Assembly (NCBI GenBank): GCA_031409275.1
Contig: JANNXA010000009.1
Span: forward strand, 64,001-128,000
Origin: Planctomycetota bacterium
GTDB taxonomy: Bacteria > Planctomycetota > B15-G4 > SIAN01
Direction: 5' to 3'
DNA length: 64,000 bases
Positions 36,324-46,883 of the stretch are shown piece after piece (positions within the stretch are counted from its first letter, which is position 1; the number at the start of each line of letters is the position of its first letter). Both the position numbers and the translations under genes were made by a program. Under the pieces are notes generated by a model. The model worked only from the letters and a program-made list of their open reading frames with translations. It was not told where the DNA came from and did no database searches.

Positions 36324-37784
36324 TCAGCGATCGCCGTAGCCAAGCTGCTGCAGCATCTGCTTGCCGGCGGCACTGAGCGGTCCGGCGGTCGCAGCGTGCG
36401 CGACGTTGCGAACGAGCCAATCGTCGAGGCGACGACGCAGCGCGCGCACGACGCTCGGATGGTCGAGCGCGACATCGACCGTCTCCGCAGGATCGGCGTC
36501 GACGTCGTAGAGCCGCAGCTGCTCGCCGCTCGCGCCCTTCTGCACCACCAGCTTGAAGCGACCCTGCCACGCGCAAAGCTGCTCGACCTCGGGCCGCTCG
36601 CCCGCAGCGGGCGGCGAACAGGGCAGCGCACCGAAGGCGACTCGTTCGCCGTCGGCCTCGTCCACCACCGCCGCGTCGTCGCCGTGCCGCAGCAGCGGCC
36701 AGAGGCTTCGGCCATCGAGCACCTCGCCGACGAGCGCGACCGGGTCGTGGCCGAATGCCTCGAGCACCGTTGGCAGCAGATCGACGTTCTCGACCAGCGA
36801 CTGCACGACGGCGCCTCGTGCGACTCCCGGCCCGGCGATCAGCAGCGGCACGCGCAACGTCTCCTGCGACGCAACGAAAGCGTGCAGCCCGAGCGACGCC
36901 TCGGCGCGGCTCTCGCCGTGATCGGCAAGGAAGAGCAGGAGCGTGCGATCGAGCCGGCCGCGTTCACGCAACCCGTCGAGCAGCGCGCCGACTCGCTCGT
37001 CGAGGAAGGCGACCTCGGCGTCGTAGAGCTGCAGGAACTCGGCCGCGTAGTGAGGCGGGAAGCCGCCGCCGCGCAGTAGTTCGAGCCGCGTGCGCACGGA
37101 GAAGTCGAGCGAGCCGGTGTAGTCGTCCTTCACGTAGCGCGTGAGGTAGGGCTCGGGCGGCACGAAGGGAGTGTGGGCGATGAAGAGATGAACCCACGCG
37201 AAGCTCGGCTGATCGGGGCGCAGTTCGTCGATCCAGGCGAACAGTCTCGGCAAGACGTCCTGCGCGAGGTCGGAGACGTCGCGGACCTGTTTGCGGAAGC
37301 CCTGGACCAGGTTGGCGTCATTGAACTGGAAGACGTTGTAGAAGCACGCCGTCTCGACGCCGCGACGCACCAGGAGCTCGGCGACGGTGTCGACTTCGGG
37401 CGCAAGCGCGTGCCAGTTGTCGGTGAGCCCGTGCGAGAAGGGATAGCGACCGGTCATCATCGACGCGTGCGAGGGAGCCGTCTGCGGCATCGGCGCGGCG
37501 GCGCGGGCGAACCGGGTGCCGGTCGCGGCGAGCGCGTCGAGGTGCGGCGTGGCCACGTCGCGGCCGCCGTAGCAGCCGAGCCGATCGGCCGACAGCGTGT
37601 CGAGCGTGACCAGCAGTACCTGCGGCGGGAGTGGTGGCGTGGATGCTGCGATCGATGACGGAGGGCTCGACCGCGGAGCCGCCGAGCCAGGCTCCGGCTC
37701 GCCGCCACAGCCGCTCGCCACGCCGAGCAGCGCCGCGCCCCACCAGCGCGATCCCGCCGCGCCAATCGCCGAGAAAACGTGCAT
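36324..37784 (-). CDS. Sulfatase-like hydrolase
   Basis: Motifs LDTLSAD, QTAPSHASMMTG, YDAEV, ADHGE and LYDVDADPAE. TACGAT lies 6 nt before the ATG. Confidence 0.85.
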   Translation of the reverse strand: MHVFSAIGAAGSRWWGAALLGVASGCGGEPEPGSAAPRSSPPSSIAASTPPLPPQVLLVTLDTLSADRLGCYGGRDVATPHLDALAATGTRFARAAAPMPQTAPSHASMMTGRYPFSHGLTDNWHALAPEVDTVAELLVRRGVETACFYNVFQFNDANLVQGFRKQVRDVSDLAQDVLPRLFAWIDELRPDQPSFAWVHLFIAHTPFVPPEPYLTRYVKDDYTGSLDFSVRTRLELLRGGGFPPHYAAEFLQLYDAEVAFLDERVGALLDGLRERGRLDRTLLLFLADHGESRAEASLGLHAFVASQETLRVPLLIAGPGVARGAVVQSLVENVDLLPTVLEAFGHDPVALVGEVLDGRSLWPLLRHGDDAAVVDEADGERVAFGALPCSPPAAGERPEVEQLCAWQGRFKLVVQKGASGEQLRLYDVDADPAETVDVALDHPSVVRALRRRLDDWLVRNVAHAATAGPLSAAGKQMLQQLGYGDR

Positions 37785-37837
37785 GGCGCGATCGTAGCCC
37801 CGGCCCCCTCCCCTGGCTCGAACGGCCCGCCTGCCAA

Positions 37838-37957
37838 GTGGCGGGGATCTTTCCACCACGCCAACTCCCCAGGAACCGCGCGCTCCATGCGCCGTCGCGA
37901 AGGCCGCGTCTCAGGTACGGGTGTGCGGAGACGGCGGGAGAAAGATCCCCGCCACCT
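37838..37957. repeat. REP/MITE-like element with 16-bp inverted repeats
   Basis: GTGGCGGGGATCTTTC at 37838-37853 and GAAAGATCCCCGCCAC at 37940-37955. Confidence 0.75.
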
Positions 37958-37966
37958 GTTCGGCGA

Positions 37967-39187
37967 CTAGATCGCGCGGCGGGCAGGGGCGGAGACGTTG
38001 GCGAAGAGGAGGCCGGCGACGATCGCGGCGGCGACGAAGAGCATCCGAAAGGCCGCTTCGACCCCGCTCACGATGTCCCGCTCGAGCATGAGCGTCGCTC
38101 CGCGGAATCCGAGGCTGCCGGGAACCAACAAGAGGATGCCGGGCAGCAACGTGACGGCGACGGGACGGTTGATGAAGCGCGACCACAGGTTGCTGGCCAG
38201 CGCTACGGCGAAGGCGCCAAAGAACCCTCCCATCTCCGGCCCGAACGTCTCGCTCCCGAACCGCTCGCCGCCGAAGCCAAGCACGCCCGCCACCAGGATC
38301 GGCAACAGGTCGCGCGGCTGGGCACGGAACAGCACGGTGTAAGCGCACGGCGCCAGCACGAGCGCCAGCCACAGCGTCCACGCGGGCAGCAGCGCCGGCT
38401 CGAAGCTCCCGGCGCCGTCGACCAGCCGCAGCGCGACCGCACGACCCAGCGCGACACCGAACGTGAGCTCGACCAGGACCACCGCGGCACTCACCAGACG
38501 CACGGTGCCCGACACGAGGCTCTGCGCCGCGAGTTCCGAGATCGCCATCGTCAGCGCGAGCCCGGGCAGCAGCACGACGAGGCTCGCCACGGTGATGACG
38601 TAGGACGACATCCCGCCCAGGCGCGTCGCGATGCAGAGCGCGAGGAACGAGACACCGAATGCCGCCGCCGCTTCGTACACGCGCTGGAAGCCGGGCCGCA
38701 CGCGCTGCACCAGACCGAGTCCGGCCGTGAAGGCCCCGAGCAGCGCTGCGGCCGCGATCTCACGGACGCCGCCCGCGAAGAAACGCGCCGCGCACGCCGA
38801 GGCCAGCGCGAACGCGACGATGGTCAGCCACGGGCCGTAGCGAGCCGGCGTTGCCTCGACGGCATCGACGCGCGCGGCAGCCTGCCCGGGCGTGACCGCT
38901 CCGCGCAGCAGATCCTTCATCACCTCGTCGAGCAGCACGAGCTTCTCGAGATGGACCGAACCGGGCTGCACGCGGATCAATCCAGTGCTGCGTTGTTCGG
39001 GAGCTCCGAAGGCCGCGAGAATGACCGTGGGCAGCGAGAAGAACTGGCTGGGCAAGCCGAGCCGCTCGGTGGCGACTTCGAGCGCCTGTTCGATGCGGTG
39101 CGCCGGCGTGCCATACATGTGGAGGCCGCGCGCCAGCTTGACGAGAAAGCGAACGGCTTCGGGCGACGAGGCGTCAGGGCGATCCAA
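37967..39187 (-). CDS. ThrE-family threonine/serine exporter
   Basis: Motifs YGTPAHRIE, LLPGLALTMAISEL and LVPGSLGF. TTG start follows AAGGA but is uncertain. Confidence 0.88.
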   Translation of the reverse strand: MDRPDASSPEAVRFLVKLARGLHMYGTPAHRIEQALEVATERLGLPSQFFSLPTVILAAFGAPEQRSTGLIRVQPGSVHLEKLVLLDEVMKDLLRGAVTPGQAAARVDAVEATPARYGPWLTIVAFALASACAARFFAGGVREIAAAALLGAFTAGLGLVQRVRPGFQRVYEAAAAFGVSFLALCIATRLGGMSSYVITVASLVVLLPGLALTMAISELAAQSLVSGTVRLVSAAVVLVELTFGVALGRAVALRLVDGAGSFEPALLPAWTLWLALVLAPCAYTVLFRAQPRDLLPILVAGVLGFGGERFGSETFGPEMGGFFGAFAVALASNLWSRFINRPVAVTLLPGILLLVPGSLGFRGATLMLERDIVSGVEAAFRMLFVAAAIVAGLLFANVSAPARRAI

Positions 39188-39236
39188 GGCGGCAATCCTT
39201 CGTGGGCGGTGCGACACGTTACGCTCGAACCCCGCC

Positions 39237-40121
39237 ATGGACTTCCGCGATCGCTGGCATGCCCCGCATCCGCTCCTGCTCGACGCCGCGCTCGGCAGCG
39301 AACTGACGCGCCGCGGGGTCGCCACGCCGCTGCCGTTGTGGAGCGCCGCCGCCCTTCGCGACGCTCCCGCGGCGGTCGCCGCGATCCACGCCGACCACGT
39401 CGCGGCGGGCGCCGAGGTGGTCACGACGGCGACCTTCCGAACGACCCGCCGCGCGCTGGCGAAGGCGGGAATTCAGGAGACGGCGAGCGAAGCGCGGCGG
39501 CTCGTCACCGTTGCCGTCGGCCTCGCTCGAGCGGCTCGCCCCGAGTTCGTCGCCGGCTCGATCGCGCCGCTCGAGGACTGCTACGAGCCGACGCTCGTTC
39601 CCGACGACGCGACCTGCGCACGCGAGCATGGCTGGCTCGCCCGCGACCTCGCCGACGCGGGCGTCGACCTCTTGCTGATCGAGACGATGAACAGCGTTCG
39701 CGAGGCCGTCGCCGCGACGCGCGCGGCACGTGCGACCGGGTTGCCGGTCGTCGTCGGTTTGGTCTGTCGCAGCGATGGAAGGCTCGTCAGCGGCGAGCGA
39801 GTCACCGTCGCGGCGCGCTCGCTGCTGGGCGAGCACGTCGATGGACTCGCCATCAACTGCACGCCGGTCCCCACCTTGCACGAACCGCTCGCGGAGCTGA
39901 TCGCGGCGGTCGCCGGCCACATGCCGTGCGGCGCGTGGGGCAATGTCGGCCACACCGACGAGATCGACGGGTGGACATGCACCGACGACTGCACCCCCGC
40001 TCAGTACGTCGCCGCCGCGCGCCGCTGGCTCGACCTCGGCACGCACCTCATCGGTGGCTGCTGCGGCACCACCTCCGCTCACCTCGTGGCGCTGCGCGAC
40101 GAGATCGCGGCACGCGCCTGA
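39237..40121 (+). CDS. Homocysteine S-methyltransferase family protein
   Basis: Motifs LLDAALGSEL, VAGSIAPL, LIETM, AINC and IGGCCG. Confidence 0.9.
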   Translation: MDFRDRWHAPHPLLLDAALGSELTRRGVATPLPLWSAAALRDAPAAVAAIHADHVAAGAEVVTTATFRTTRRALAKAGIQETASEARRLVTVAVGLARAARPEFVAGSIAPLEDCYEPTLVPDDATCAREHGWLARDLADAGVDLLLIETMNSVREAVAATRAARATGLPVVVGLVCRSDGRLVSGERVTVAARSLLGEHVDGLAINCTPVPTLHEPLAELIAAVAGHMPCGAWGNVGHTDEIDGWTCTDDCTPAQYVAAARRWLDLGTHLIGGCCGTTSAHLVALRDEIAARA

Positions 40122-40134
40122 AACAGGAAACGAC

Positions 40135-40839
40135 ATGGCAACGAAGCGTTCCGCCAGCGCCCGATCGTCTCGCAGCGACCCGCCGCTGGCGCTCCCTGCG
40201 CAAGTCAAGGCGGCGCTCGCCTGGATGAAGGCGAAGAGCAGCGCGCATGACCGCGCCAACCTCGCGCGTTTCGGAATCGCCGCGAAAGACGCGCTCGGCG
40301 TCTCGGTGGCGAACCTGCACGTGCTGGCGAAGCAGCTCGGCCGCAACCACGCGCTCGCCGAGGCTCTATGGACGACCGGTTGCTACGAGGCGCGGATGCT
40401 GGCCGTCTTCGTCGACGAGCCCGCATGCGTCACGCCAGCCCAGATGGAGCGGTGGTGTCGCGACTTCGACAACTGGGCGCTCTGCGACACCGCCTGCTTC
40501 CACCTCTTCGATCGCACGCCCCACTCCTTCGCGATGGTCGCGAAGTGGGCCGATCGCCGCGAGGAGTTCGTCCGGCGCGCCGCGTTCGCGCTGATCGCCG
40601 GCTCAGCCGCGCACGACAAGACGGCCGCGGATGCGCCGTTCCTCGACTGCCTGCCGCGGATCGATCAAGCAGCGGACGATGCGCGCCATCTCGTGAAGAA
40701 GGGGGTGAGCTGGGCACTGCGCGGCATCGGCCATCGCAACGCCGCGCTGCATGCAGCGGCGGTCGCATGGGCGGAACGGCTGGCGACCGACGATCACCCG
40801 ACGCGGCGCTGGATCGGCAAGGACGCGCTGCGCGACTGA
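40135..40839 (+). CDS. DNA alkylation repair protein (AlkD-like HEAT repeat)
   Basis: Motifs YEARMLA, DFDNWALCD, EFVRRA and VKKGVSWALR. Confidence 0.85.
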   Translation: MATKRSASARSSRSDPPLALPAQVKAALAWMKAKSSAHDRANLARFGIAAKDALGVSVANLHVLAKQLGRNHALAEALWTTGCYEARMLAVFVDEPACVTPAQMERWCRDFDNWALCDTACFHLFDRTPHSFAMVAKWADRREEFVRRAAFALIAGSAAHDKTAADAPFLDCLPRIDQAADDARHLVKKGVSWALRGIGHRNAALHAAAVAWAERLATDDHPTRRWIGKDALRD

Positions 40840-41095
40840 ACGCGCTGCGCATCGACCGCCACGCGCGCCTTCCCGCTCGTGCAGCCTCCGACGGGCAGCA
40901 ATCCCCATCGCCGCACGACGGTCCGTCCAGGATCTGGAACCGGTACGGCGCGCTCCGGGGAGCTGCGGCTTCATCGCTGGCATCGCGCGAGGAACGGTCG
41001 TTGCGCCTCTCTCCGCCGTGTCGAACGCCGCCGACGACGACTGCTGCCACGAAGGCGCGGACGGTGACGCGGCGACGGCACCAAAGGAGATCGCC

Positions 41096-42682
41096 GTGGA
41101 TCGGATTCGGACTCGTGGTTGCATCGTCCCCTTGGCCGCCGCGTTGAGCTGCTTCGCCTCCGCGGGCGCCGCGGCTCAAGTCAGCGTCGATTGGGTCGAT
41201 CTGACGCGCGGCAACAGCATCGCCGTCGACGCCGCCAACAACGTCTACACCGTCGACTTCGAACAGGCGCTCGGCGATGAGATCACGCTGACCAAGCGCG
41301 ACGTGAACGGCTCGCTGCTGTGGAACGCGAGCTACGACCAGACGGACGGCACGAAGTGGGAGGCCGCGACGTGGGTGACGGTCGACCACGCGGGCGACGT
41401 GATCGTGACCGGATCGCTGATGTCGGGCTACTCCAACCCGGTCAACGCCGCGAGCATCGCGATGAAGTTCGACGCGAACGGGAACTTCATCTGGCGCCAG
41501 GTCTACGAAAGTCCGTTCGACGGCTCGTACACGCGCAAGTGCCTCGTCGACGCCAACGACAACATCTACGTGCTGGGCATGGGCAGCGGCCCGAACGGCT
41601 TCGTGCCGAAGATCAAGAAGTTCGACTCGAGCGGCAATACGGTCTGGGACTGGTACGACACCACCGGCGTCGGCTTGCCGCTGAACTTCAAGCTCTCGCC
41701 CGACGGCTACCTGCTCGTCACGGGGCGTGGGATCACCGGCAGCGTGAACGGCTACGCGAAGGTCGACCTCGCCGGCCAGACGGTCTGGGGGTTCAACCTC
41801 GCGAGCTACACCATCGGCGACCTCGCCGGCGACTCGCTCGGCAACACCTACGTGCTGCACAGCGAGTACTACCCGAGCCCACGCAACGTCCTGACGAAGC
41901 TCGATGCTGCCGGCGTGCAGCTCTGGGAGACGCGCCATGACCTGCTGGCGCAGCGCATCGAGATCGCGCCCGACGACCTGCCGATCGCCTGCGGCTACCC
42001 GGTGACCGGCTTCGGCGCGGCGTTCCTCAAAGTGGACGCCAACGGCAACGAGATCTGGAAGAACCTTGACGCCGACGGCTCGCTGAGCCTCCTGCTGCAC
42101 GCGCAGATGGTGGTCGACGAGCGCGGCGCGGTCTACCTCGCGGCGGGCACCCTCTTCGACATGGCGATCTGCAAGGTGAACCCCGATGGCAGCTCGTCGT
42201 GGACGGCGACCACCGCAGGCAGCTACGCCTACGGGATGGCGCTCGGCATGCATGACAGCGGCGTCTTCGTGGTCGGCGGCCGGACCGCGCGCCTGATCGA
42301 TGGGACGGGCTCGCCGTGGACCGATCTCGGTCGCGGCTTGGCCGGTGCCGGCGGCATTCCGCGGTTGTGGGGCGCCGGCGATCTCACGCCGAGCAGCAAC
42401 GTCGAGCTCGACCTCGTCGACGCCGCGCCGAATGCGCCGACGCTGCTGGTGGTCGGCGCGAGCCGCATCGACCTGCCGCTCTTTGGCGGCACGCTGGTGC
42501 CGAATCTCGACGCGGTGATCAGCGGTCTCGTCACCGACGGCAGCGGCGCGTGGCAGATCGTCGACACCTGGCCGGACGACGTCGCAGTCGACAGCGAGTT
42601 CTTCGTGCAGACCTGGGTGGTCGACGCTGGCGCACCGCGCAAGCTGGCCGGCAGCAATGCGCTGCGGCTGGTCGCTCGCTGA
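41096..42682 (+). CDS. Secreted SBBP-like beta-propeller protein with conserved 121-aa C-terminal domain
   Basis: AAGGAG RBS, signal peptide and VD-x-x-GNxY...KxDxxGxxxW repeats. The CTD runs WTDLG...SNAL. Confidence 0.8.
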   Translation: MDRIRTRGCIVPLAAALSCFASAGAAAQVSVDWVDLTRGNSIAVDAANNVYTVDFEQALGDEITLTKRDVNGSLLWNASYDQTDGTKWEAATWVTVDHAGDVIVTGSLMSGYSNPVNAASIAMKFDANGNFIWRQVYESPFDGSYTRKCLVDANDNIYVLGMGSGPNGFVPKIKKFDSSGNTVWDWYDTTGVGLPLNFKLSPDGYLLVTGRGITGSVNGYAKVDLAGQTVWGFNLASYTIGDLAGDSLGNTYVLHSEYYPSPRNVLTKLDAAGVQLWETRHDLLAQRIEIAPDDLPIACGYPVTGFGAAFLKVDANGNEIWKNLDADGSLSLLLHAQMVVDERGAVYLAAGTLFDMAICKVNPDGSSSWTATTAGSYAYGMALGMHDSGVFVVGGRTARLIDGTGSPWTDLGRGLAGAGGIPRLWGAGDLTPSSNVELDLVDAAPNAPTLLVVGASRIDLPLFGGTLVPNLDAVISGLVTDGSGAWQIVDTWPDDVAVDSEFFVQTWVVDAGAPRKLAGSNALRLVAR

Positions 42683-42760
42683 GCCGATTCAAGCGCTCTC
42701 TCGGGCGCGCGTCGCAGGCCGATCCCTGCGGCGCGCGCCGCTCACGTCAGCGCGCACTGC

Positions 42761-43483
42761 TCAGCTCCGCTCGCCGGCACGCGCCAGCACCTCGCGCGCG
42801 GGGCCATCGTCGACGACGTTGCCATCCTGCAGGCGCACGACGCGGTCGGTGCGCGCGGCCAGTCGCGGGTCATGGGTGACCACGACGATCGTCTGTCCCT
42901 GCTGGCGCACCAACCGCTCGAAGAGCGCGAAGACGAGTTCGCCGTTCTTCGTGTCGAGGTTGCCGGTCGGCTCGTCGCCAAGCACGACGAGCGGGCGATT
43001 GGCGAGGCTGCGCGCGATGGCGACCCGCTGCTGTTCGCCGCCCGAGAGGCGACCGGGCAGGCGCCCTTCCTTGCCGGCGAGTCCGAGCAGGCCAAGCAGT
43101 TCGTAGGCGCGCTCGCGCGCTTCCTTTGCCGGAACGCCGAGCTTGCGCATCGGCAACCCGACATTCTCCGCCGCGCTGAACTCCGGCATCAGGTAGTGGA
43201 ACTGGAAGACGAAACCGATCTTCCGACCGCGCACGTCGGCGAGCGCCGCCTCCGACAGCGACCTGGTGTCGATGCCGTCGATCAGCACCTGCCCGCTGCT
43301 CGGCCGATCGAGCGCGCCGAGCAGGTACATCAGCGTCGACTTGCCGCTGCCCGACGGCCCCATGATCGAGCAGAACTCGCCGGGCCGGATCACCACGTCG
43401 AGCCCGTGCAGGATCTCGAGCTCGTTCTCGCCGCTGCCGAGCGTCCGGCGCAGCGCGCGCGTCTCCATCGCCGGCGCGATCAC
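42761..43483 (-). CDS. ABC transporter ATPase (LolD/MacB type)
   Basis: Motifs GPSGSGKS, LSGGEQQR, DEPTGNLD and VTHD. Confidence 0.93.
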   Translation of the reverse strand: MIAPAMETRALRRTLGSGENELEILHGLDVVIRPGEFCSIMGPSGSGKSTLMYLLGALDRPSSGQVLIDGIDTRSLSEAALADVRGRKIGFVFQFHYLMPEFSAAENVGLPMRKLGVPAKEARERAYELLGLLGLAGKEGRLPGRLSGGEQQRVAIARSLANRPLVVLGDEPTGNLDTKNGELVFALFERLVRQQGQTIVVVTHDPRLAARTDRVVRLQDGNVVDDGPAREVLARAGERS

Positions 43484-44763
43484 GCGCGGCCTCGCAATGT
43501 CACCACCGGATCGAGCCGCCCTGCGCGCAACGCCGGCAGGCACGCCGCGATCACCGTCGAAGCGAACGAGACCGTCGCCGCCACCGCATAGATGCGCAGC
43601 GGATCGACGAAGATCAGGTGCTCGATCTCGATCAGCCCTTTCATCGGGATCGGGAAGGTGGCCAGCGCCTGCTGCAGCCAGTAGCCGCCGATCGACCCGA
43701 AGACGACGCCGAGCGCGCCGATGGCCAGCCCCTCGAGCAGGAAGACCACGGTCACGTCGGCCGCGGTGTAGCCCATGCTCTTCAACATCGCGATCTCGGG
43801 CAGCTTCTCCAGCACCAGCATGATCAGCACGTTCAGGATGCCGAACGCCGCGACGATGGTGATGCCGCTGGTCACGACGTAGGTGATGACCGTCTGGATG
43901 TTGAACAGCGAGAGGAAGTTCTTGTTCTGCTCCTGCCAGCTTTCGCTGCGGTAGCCCACCATCGCCTCGAGGTCGGCGGCGACGTCCTGCGCTTGCGTGT
44001 GGTCGTCGAGCCGTACGACGATGCGGTTGACATCGCGGCCCAGCCCGAGCAGCTGCTGCGCGAGGCTGACCAGCGTGTAGGCGCGCACTGCGTCCACCGG
44101 CACGAGCCCGGTCTTGAAGACACCGACCACGCGCAGCGCGCGTGTCGTCCCCTCGCGCCCCCCCACCTCGCCGCTGCCGCGCAGCGACGCACCGATGGTG
44201 TCGCCGCGCCGCACGCCGAGCCGCTCGGCGAGCCCGCTGCCGAGCACGATCGCGCCGCTGGCCGAATGCAGGTCCGCGAGGCGCCCCTCGATCATGTAGG
44301 TATCGGTCGACACCACTCGGTCCTGGCGATCGGGATCGATGCCGACTAGCGCGGCGCCGACCTCGCGGTTGCCGAAGTTGAGGATCGACGTGCCCACGAC
44401 GTTGAGCGCCGCGGCGGCGACGCCGGGCCGCGACTCGATGGCCGCCAGCGTCTCGTAGGGTTTCTTGATGCGGTAGACGCGTTCGCGCGGGTGCGCCGAT
44501 TCGACCGTGACGACGCCCTGCTCCTTCTCCGAAAGCCAGTCGGCGAACTCGTCGGGCGGATCGCGGAACTCGTCCAGCACGGTGACGTGCGGGCTCGACT
44601 CGACCGTCTCGTCGACGAACTTCGCCTCGAAGCCCGCCATCAGCGCCGACATCAGCACCATGAAACAGTCGCCGATGGCGACGCCGGTGATCGACAGCGC
44701 GGTGCGAAACGGGCTGTGCAGCAGATGACGGCGCGCGATCTGGAAGAGCGGCAGGAATCGCAT
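43480..44763 (-). CDS. ABC transporter permease (LolC/E-FtsX type)
   Basis: One TM, a periplasmic domain and three TMs, with EIAMLKSMG and PALRAGRLDPV. Confidence 0.9.
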   Translation of the reverse strand: MRFLPLFQIARRHLLHSPFRTALSITGVAIGDCFMVLMSALMAGFEAKFVDETVESSPHVTVLDEFRDPPDEFADWLSEKEQGVVTVESAHPRERVYRIKKPYETLAAIESRPGVAAAALNVVGTSILNFGNREVGAALVGIDPDRQDRVVSTDTYMIEGRLADLHSASGAIVLGSGLAERLGVRRGDTIGASLRGSGEVGGREGTTRALRVVGVFKTGLVPVDAVRAYTLVSLAQQLLGLGRDVNRIVVRLDDHTQAQDVAADLEAMVGYRSESWQEQNKNFLSLFNIQTVITYVVTSGITIVAAFGILNVLIMLVLEKLPEIAMLKSMGYTAADVTVVFLLEGLAIGALGVVFGSIGGYWLQQALATFPIPMKGLIEIEHLIFVDPLRIYAVAATVSFASTVIAACLPALRAGRLDPVVTLRGRA

Positions 44764-44766
44764 GAG

Positions 44767-46011
44767 CTACTTCGCCGCGGCGGGCGCCGCGACCTTGCGG
44801 ACCTGCACGCGCGCCTCATCCTTCAACGCGCCGAGGTGGTCGAGCGCGACGGCGTCACCAGCGGCGAGCCCTGCGCGCGCCTCGCAACGGTCGTAGTTCA
44901 TCAGGCCGACGTCGACCTGCACTTCGTGAGCGACGCCATCGCGGACGACGAAGACCGAGCTGCGCAGCGTCAGCGCCGAGCGCGGGAACGACAGCGCATC
45001 GTCCTTCTCGCCCACCACGATGCCGAGCTCGCACGACGAGCCGATCAGCAGCGCGCGTCCGCCGTCGGCGCGCGTGACGCCCGCGAGCCCCTTCGCACCG
45101 CTCGCCGTGAAGCGTGCGCCAGGGAACTCGACGCGCACGCGGTAGCTGCGAGTCACCTTGTTCGAGTCGGGGAAGAGCTCGACGACACGCCCTTCGACCA
45201 GCGCCGACTCGTCGCCCGCGACGCGCACCAGCACGCGCTGGCCCGCCACGACGCTGGCCGCATCCTCTTCGTCGACTTCCCCTTCGACCCAGAGCGAACG
45301 CGCATCGCCGAACTTCAGCAGATCGCGCTCGGGGTTCACCGACTCGCCCTCTTCCGCGAAGCGCGCCAGCACGACGCCATCGAAGGGCGCGCGCAGCGTG
45401 TCGTCCTGCTCGGCGGCGCGCAGCACCTCGAGCTCGGCGGCTGCCTGCTCGCGGCGCGTCGTGCGCTCGGCCAGCGTCTGCGCGAGCTCCTGCTCCGCGA
45501 GCGCGAGGCGTTGCGCCGCTCCATCGTGCGCCGCTTGCAGCTCCTGCCAGGCGCGCACTTCGATCAGCCCCTGCTCGCGCAACGGCTGCGCGCGCGCCAC
45601 TTCGCTGACGGCCCAATCGACCTGGACGCGTGCGTCGGCGATGCGCGCCTGCGCGGCTCGGCGTAGCGCGCTGCCCTCGGAAAGGTCGGCGTCGAGTCGA
45701 TCGAGCTGCGCCAGGACGCTCGCCTGCCGCTGAGCGCGGGCACTGTCCCGCAAGGCGACCAGCGGCTCGCCGGCGCGGACTTCCGCGCCCTCCCTCGCGA
45801 AGATTCGCTCGACGATGGCGGGGCGTGCGGGGCGCAGCAGCCGGCGCTCGCGCGGCTCGATCCAGCCGGTGGCGAAGACGGTGGCGACGACTGGCCCGCG
45901 CTCGACCGAACCGGTGCGCGCCTCGATGGGCTGGCCGAAACGGCGCCAAAGAGCGAGGCCGCCGGCCCCGAGCAACGCCACGACCAGCAACCAGCCAAGC
46001 AGACGTCCCAC
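44767..46011 (-). CDS. HlyD/MacA-like periplasmic adaptor
   Basis: N-terminal TM, REGAEVRAGEPL, coiled coil and LRAPFDGVV. Confidence 0.85.
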   Translation of the reverse strand: MGRLLGWLLVVALLGAGGLALWRRFGQPIEARTGSVERGPVVATVFATGWIEPRERRLLRPARPAIVERIFAREGAEVRAGEPLVALRDSARAQRQASVLAQLDRLDADLSEGSALRRAAQARIADARVQVDWAVSEVARAQPLREQGLIEVRAWQELQAAHDGAAQRLALAEQELAQTLAERTTRREQAAAELEVLRAAEQDDTLRAPFDGVVLARFAEEGESVNPERDLLKFGDARSLWVEGEVDEEDAASVVAGQRVLVRVAGDESALVEGRVVELFPDSNKVTRSYRVRVEFPGARFTASGAKGLAGVTRADGGRALLIGSSCELGIVVGEKDDALSFPRSALTLRSSVFVVRDGVAHEVQVDVGLMNYDRCEARAGLAAGDAVALDHLGALKDEARVQVRKVAAPAAAK

Positions 46012-46107
46012 CTGCGCGCTCCTGCCCTCTTCGCCCCATCCGATTGCGAGCGGCGTGCCGAACCTCGCGCCCCTTCCTACCATGCGCCGCCCCGAAGCCT
46101 CAGGAGC

Positions 46108-46563
46108 ATGCCGATGGTCGCGCCGCCTCGTCTCGCCGCCGCCCCGCTCCTCGCGACTGCGCTCGCCGTGCTGCTTTGCCAGGGTTGCAGCAACGTGCCG
46201 CCGGAGGGGCGCGCGCGCCTCGAGCGGCAGTTGCCCGAACAGTCGCTCTCGCTGCCACCCGCCGACGTCGCGCGCGCCGCCGTGCACGCCGATGACCGTG
46301 TGACTTGCCTGCTGGTGCGCGCCACCGGCCCGATCGTTCCCCATCGCCACTTCCACAGCGAGGAGATCGTCTACGTGATCTCCGGACGCGGCGTCCTCCA
46401 CCTCGCCGATGGCGATCGCGACGTGGCGCCAGGCGACCTGATCGTGGTGCCACCCAACACGCCGCACGGCTTCACGCCGAGCAGCGAAGAGCCGGTGGTG
46501 CTGCTCGCGACGTTCGTGCCGCCGCTGCGCGAAGGGGATCGGGTGCCGGAAGTGGAGCGCTGA
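46108..46563 (+). CDS. Cupin-domain lipoprotein
   Basis: Motifs PHRHFHSEEIVYV and PPNTPHGF, with lipobox CQGC. Confidence 0.85.
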   Translation: MPMVAPPRLAAAPLLATALAVLLCQGCSNVPPEGRARLERQLPEQSLSLPPADVARAAVHADDRVTCLLVRATGPIVPHRHFHSEEIVYVISGRGVLHLADGDRDVAPGDLIVVPPNTPHGFTPSSEEPVVLLATFVPPLREGDRVPEVER

Positions 46564-46883
46564 GAGACGCGACGTCGGTTCCCGAAGTTGGACGGCAGCT
46601 CCAATCGATGGAGTGACGCAGCGGCGCGTTGTTCGCGCTGATCGGCGATGAGCGCCGTGACGCCGCTCAACATCGTCGCCCGCTTCACCCGCGCGATCGA
46701 CGCCAGCCGCGAGAACGTCACCACCTTCGCCAGCGACGCGCTCGACCTCGCCGTCGCGACGGAACGCGGTTCGCTTACTGCTTCGAAGCGATCGGCGATC
46801 TTGAAGAAGTTTCACGAACGTTCTGCGTTCGACTCGCAGGCGCGACGACGCTGCGCAGAGCCTCGGCGGAGCGGAGCAGGGAG

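Noticed and set aside
39236..39239. Divergent genes sharing overlapping ATGs at CCATGG
   Set aside because: thrE more plausibly starts at TTG 39187, which has an AAGGA RBS.
40830..40860. Readthrough or frameshift at the AlkD TGA
   Set aside because: The C-terminus looks slightly short, but there is no Cys-equivalent position and the domain is essentially complete.
46600..46800. Possible gene remnant (MSAVTPLNIVARF...)
   Set aside because: Coding-like, but too short to assign to a family.
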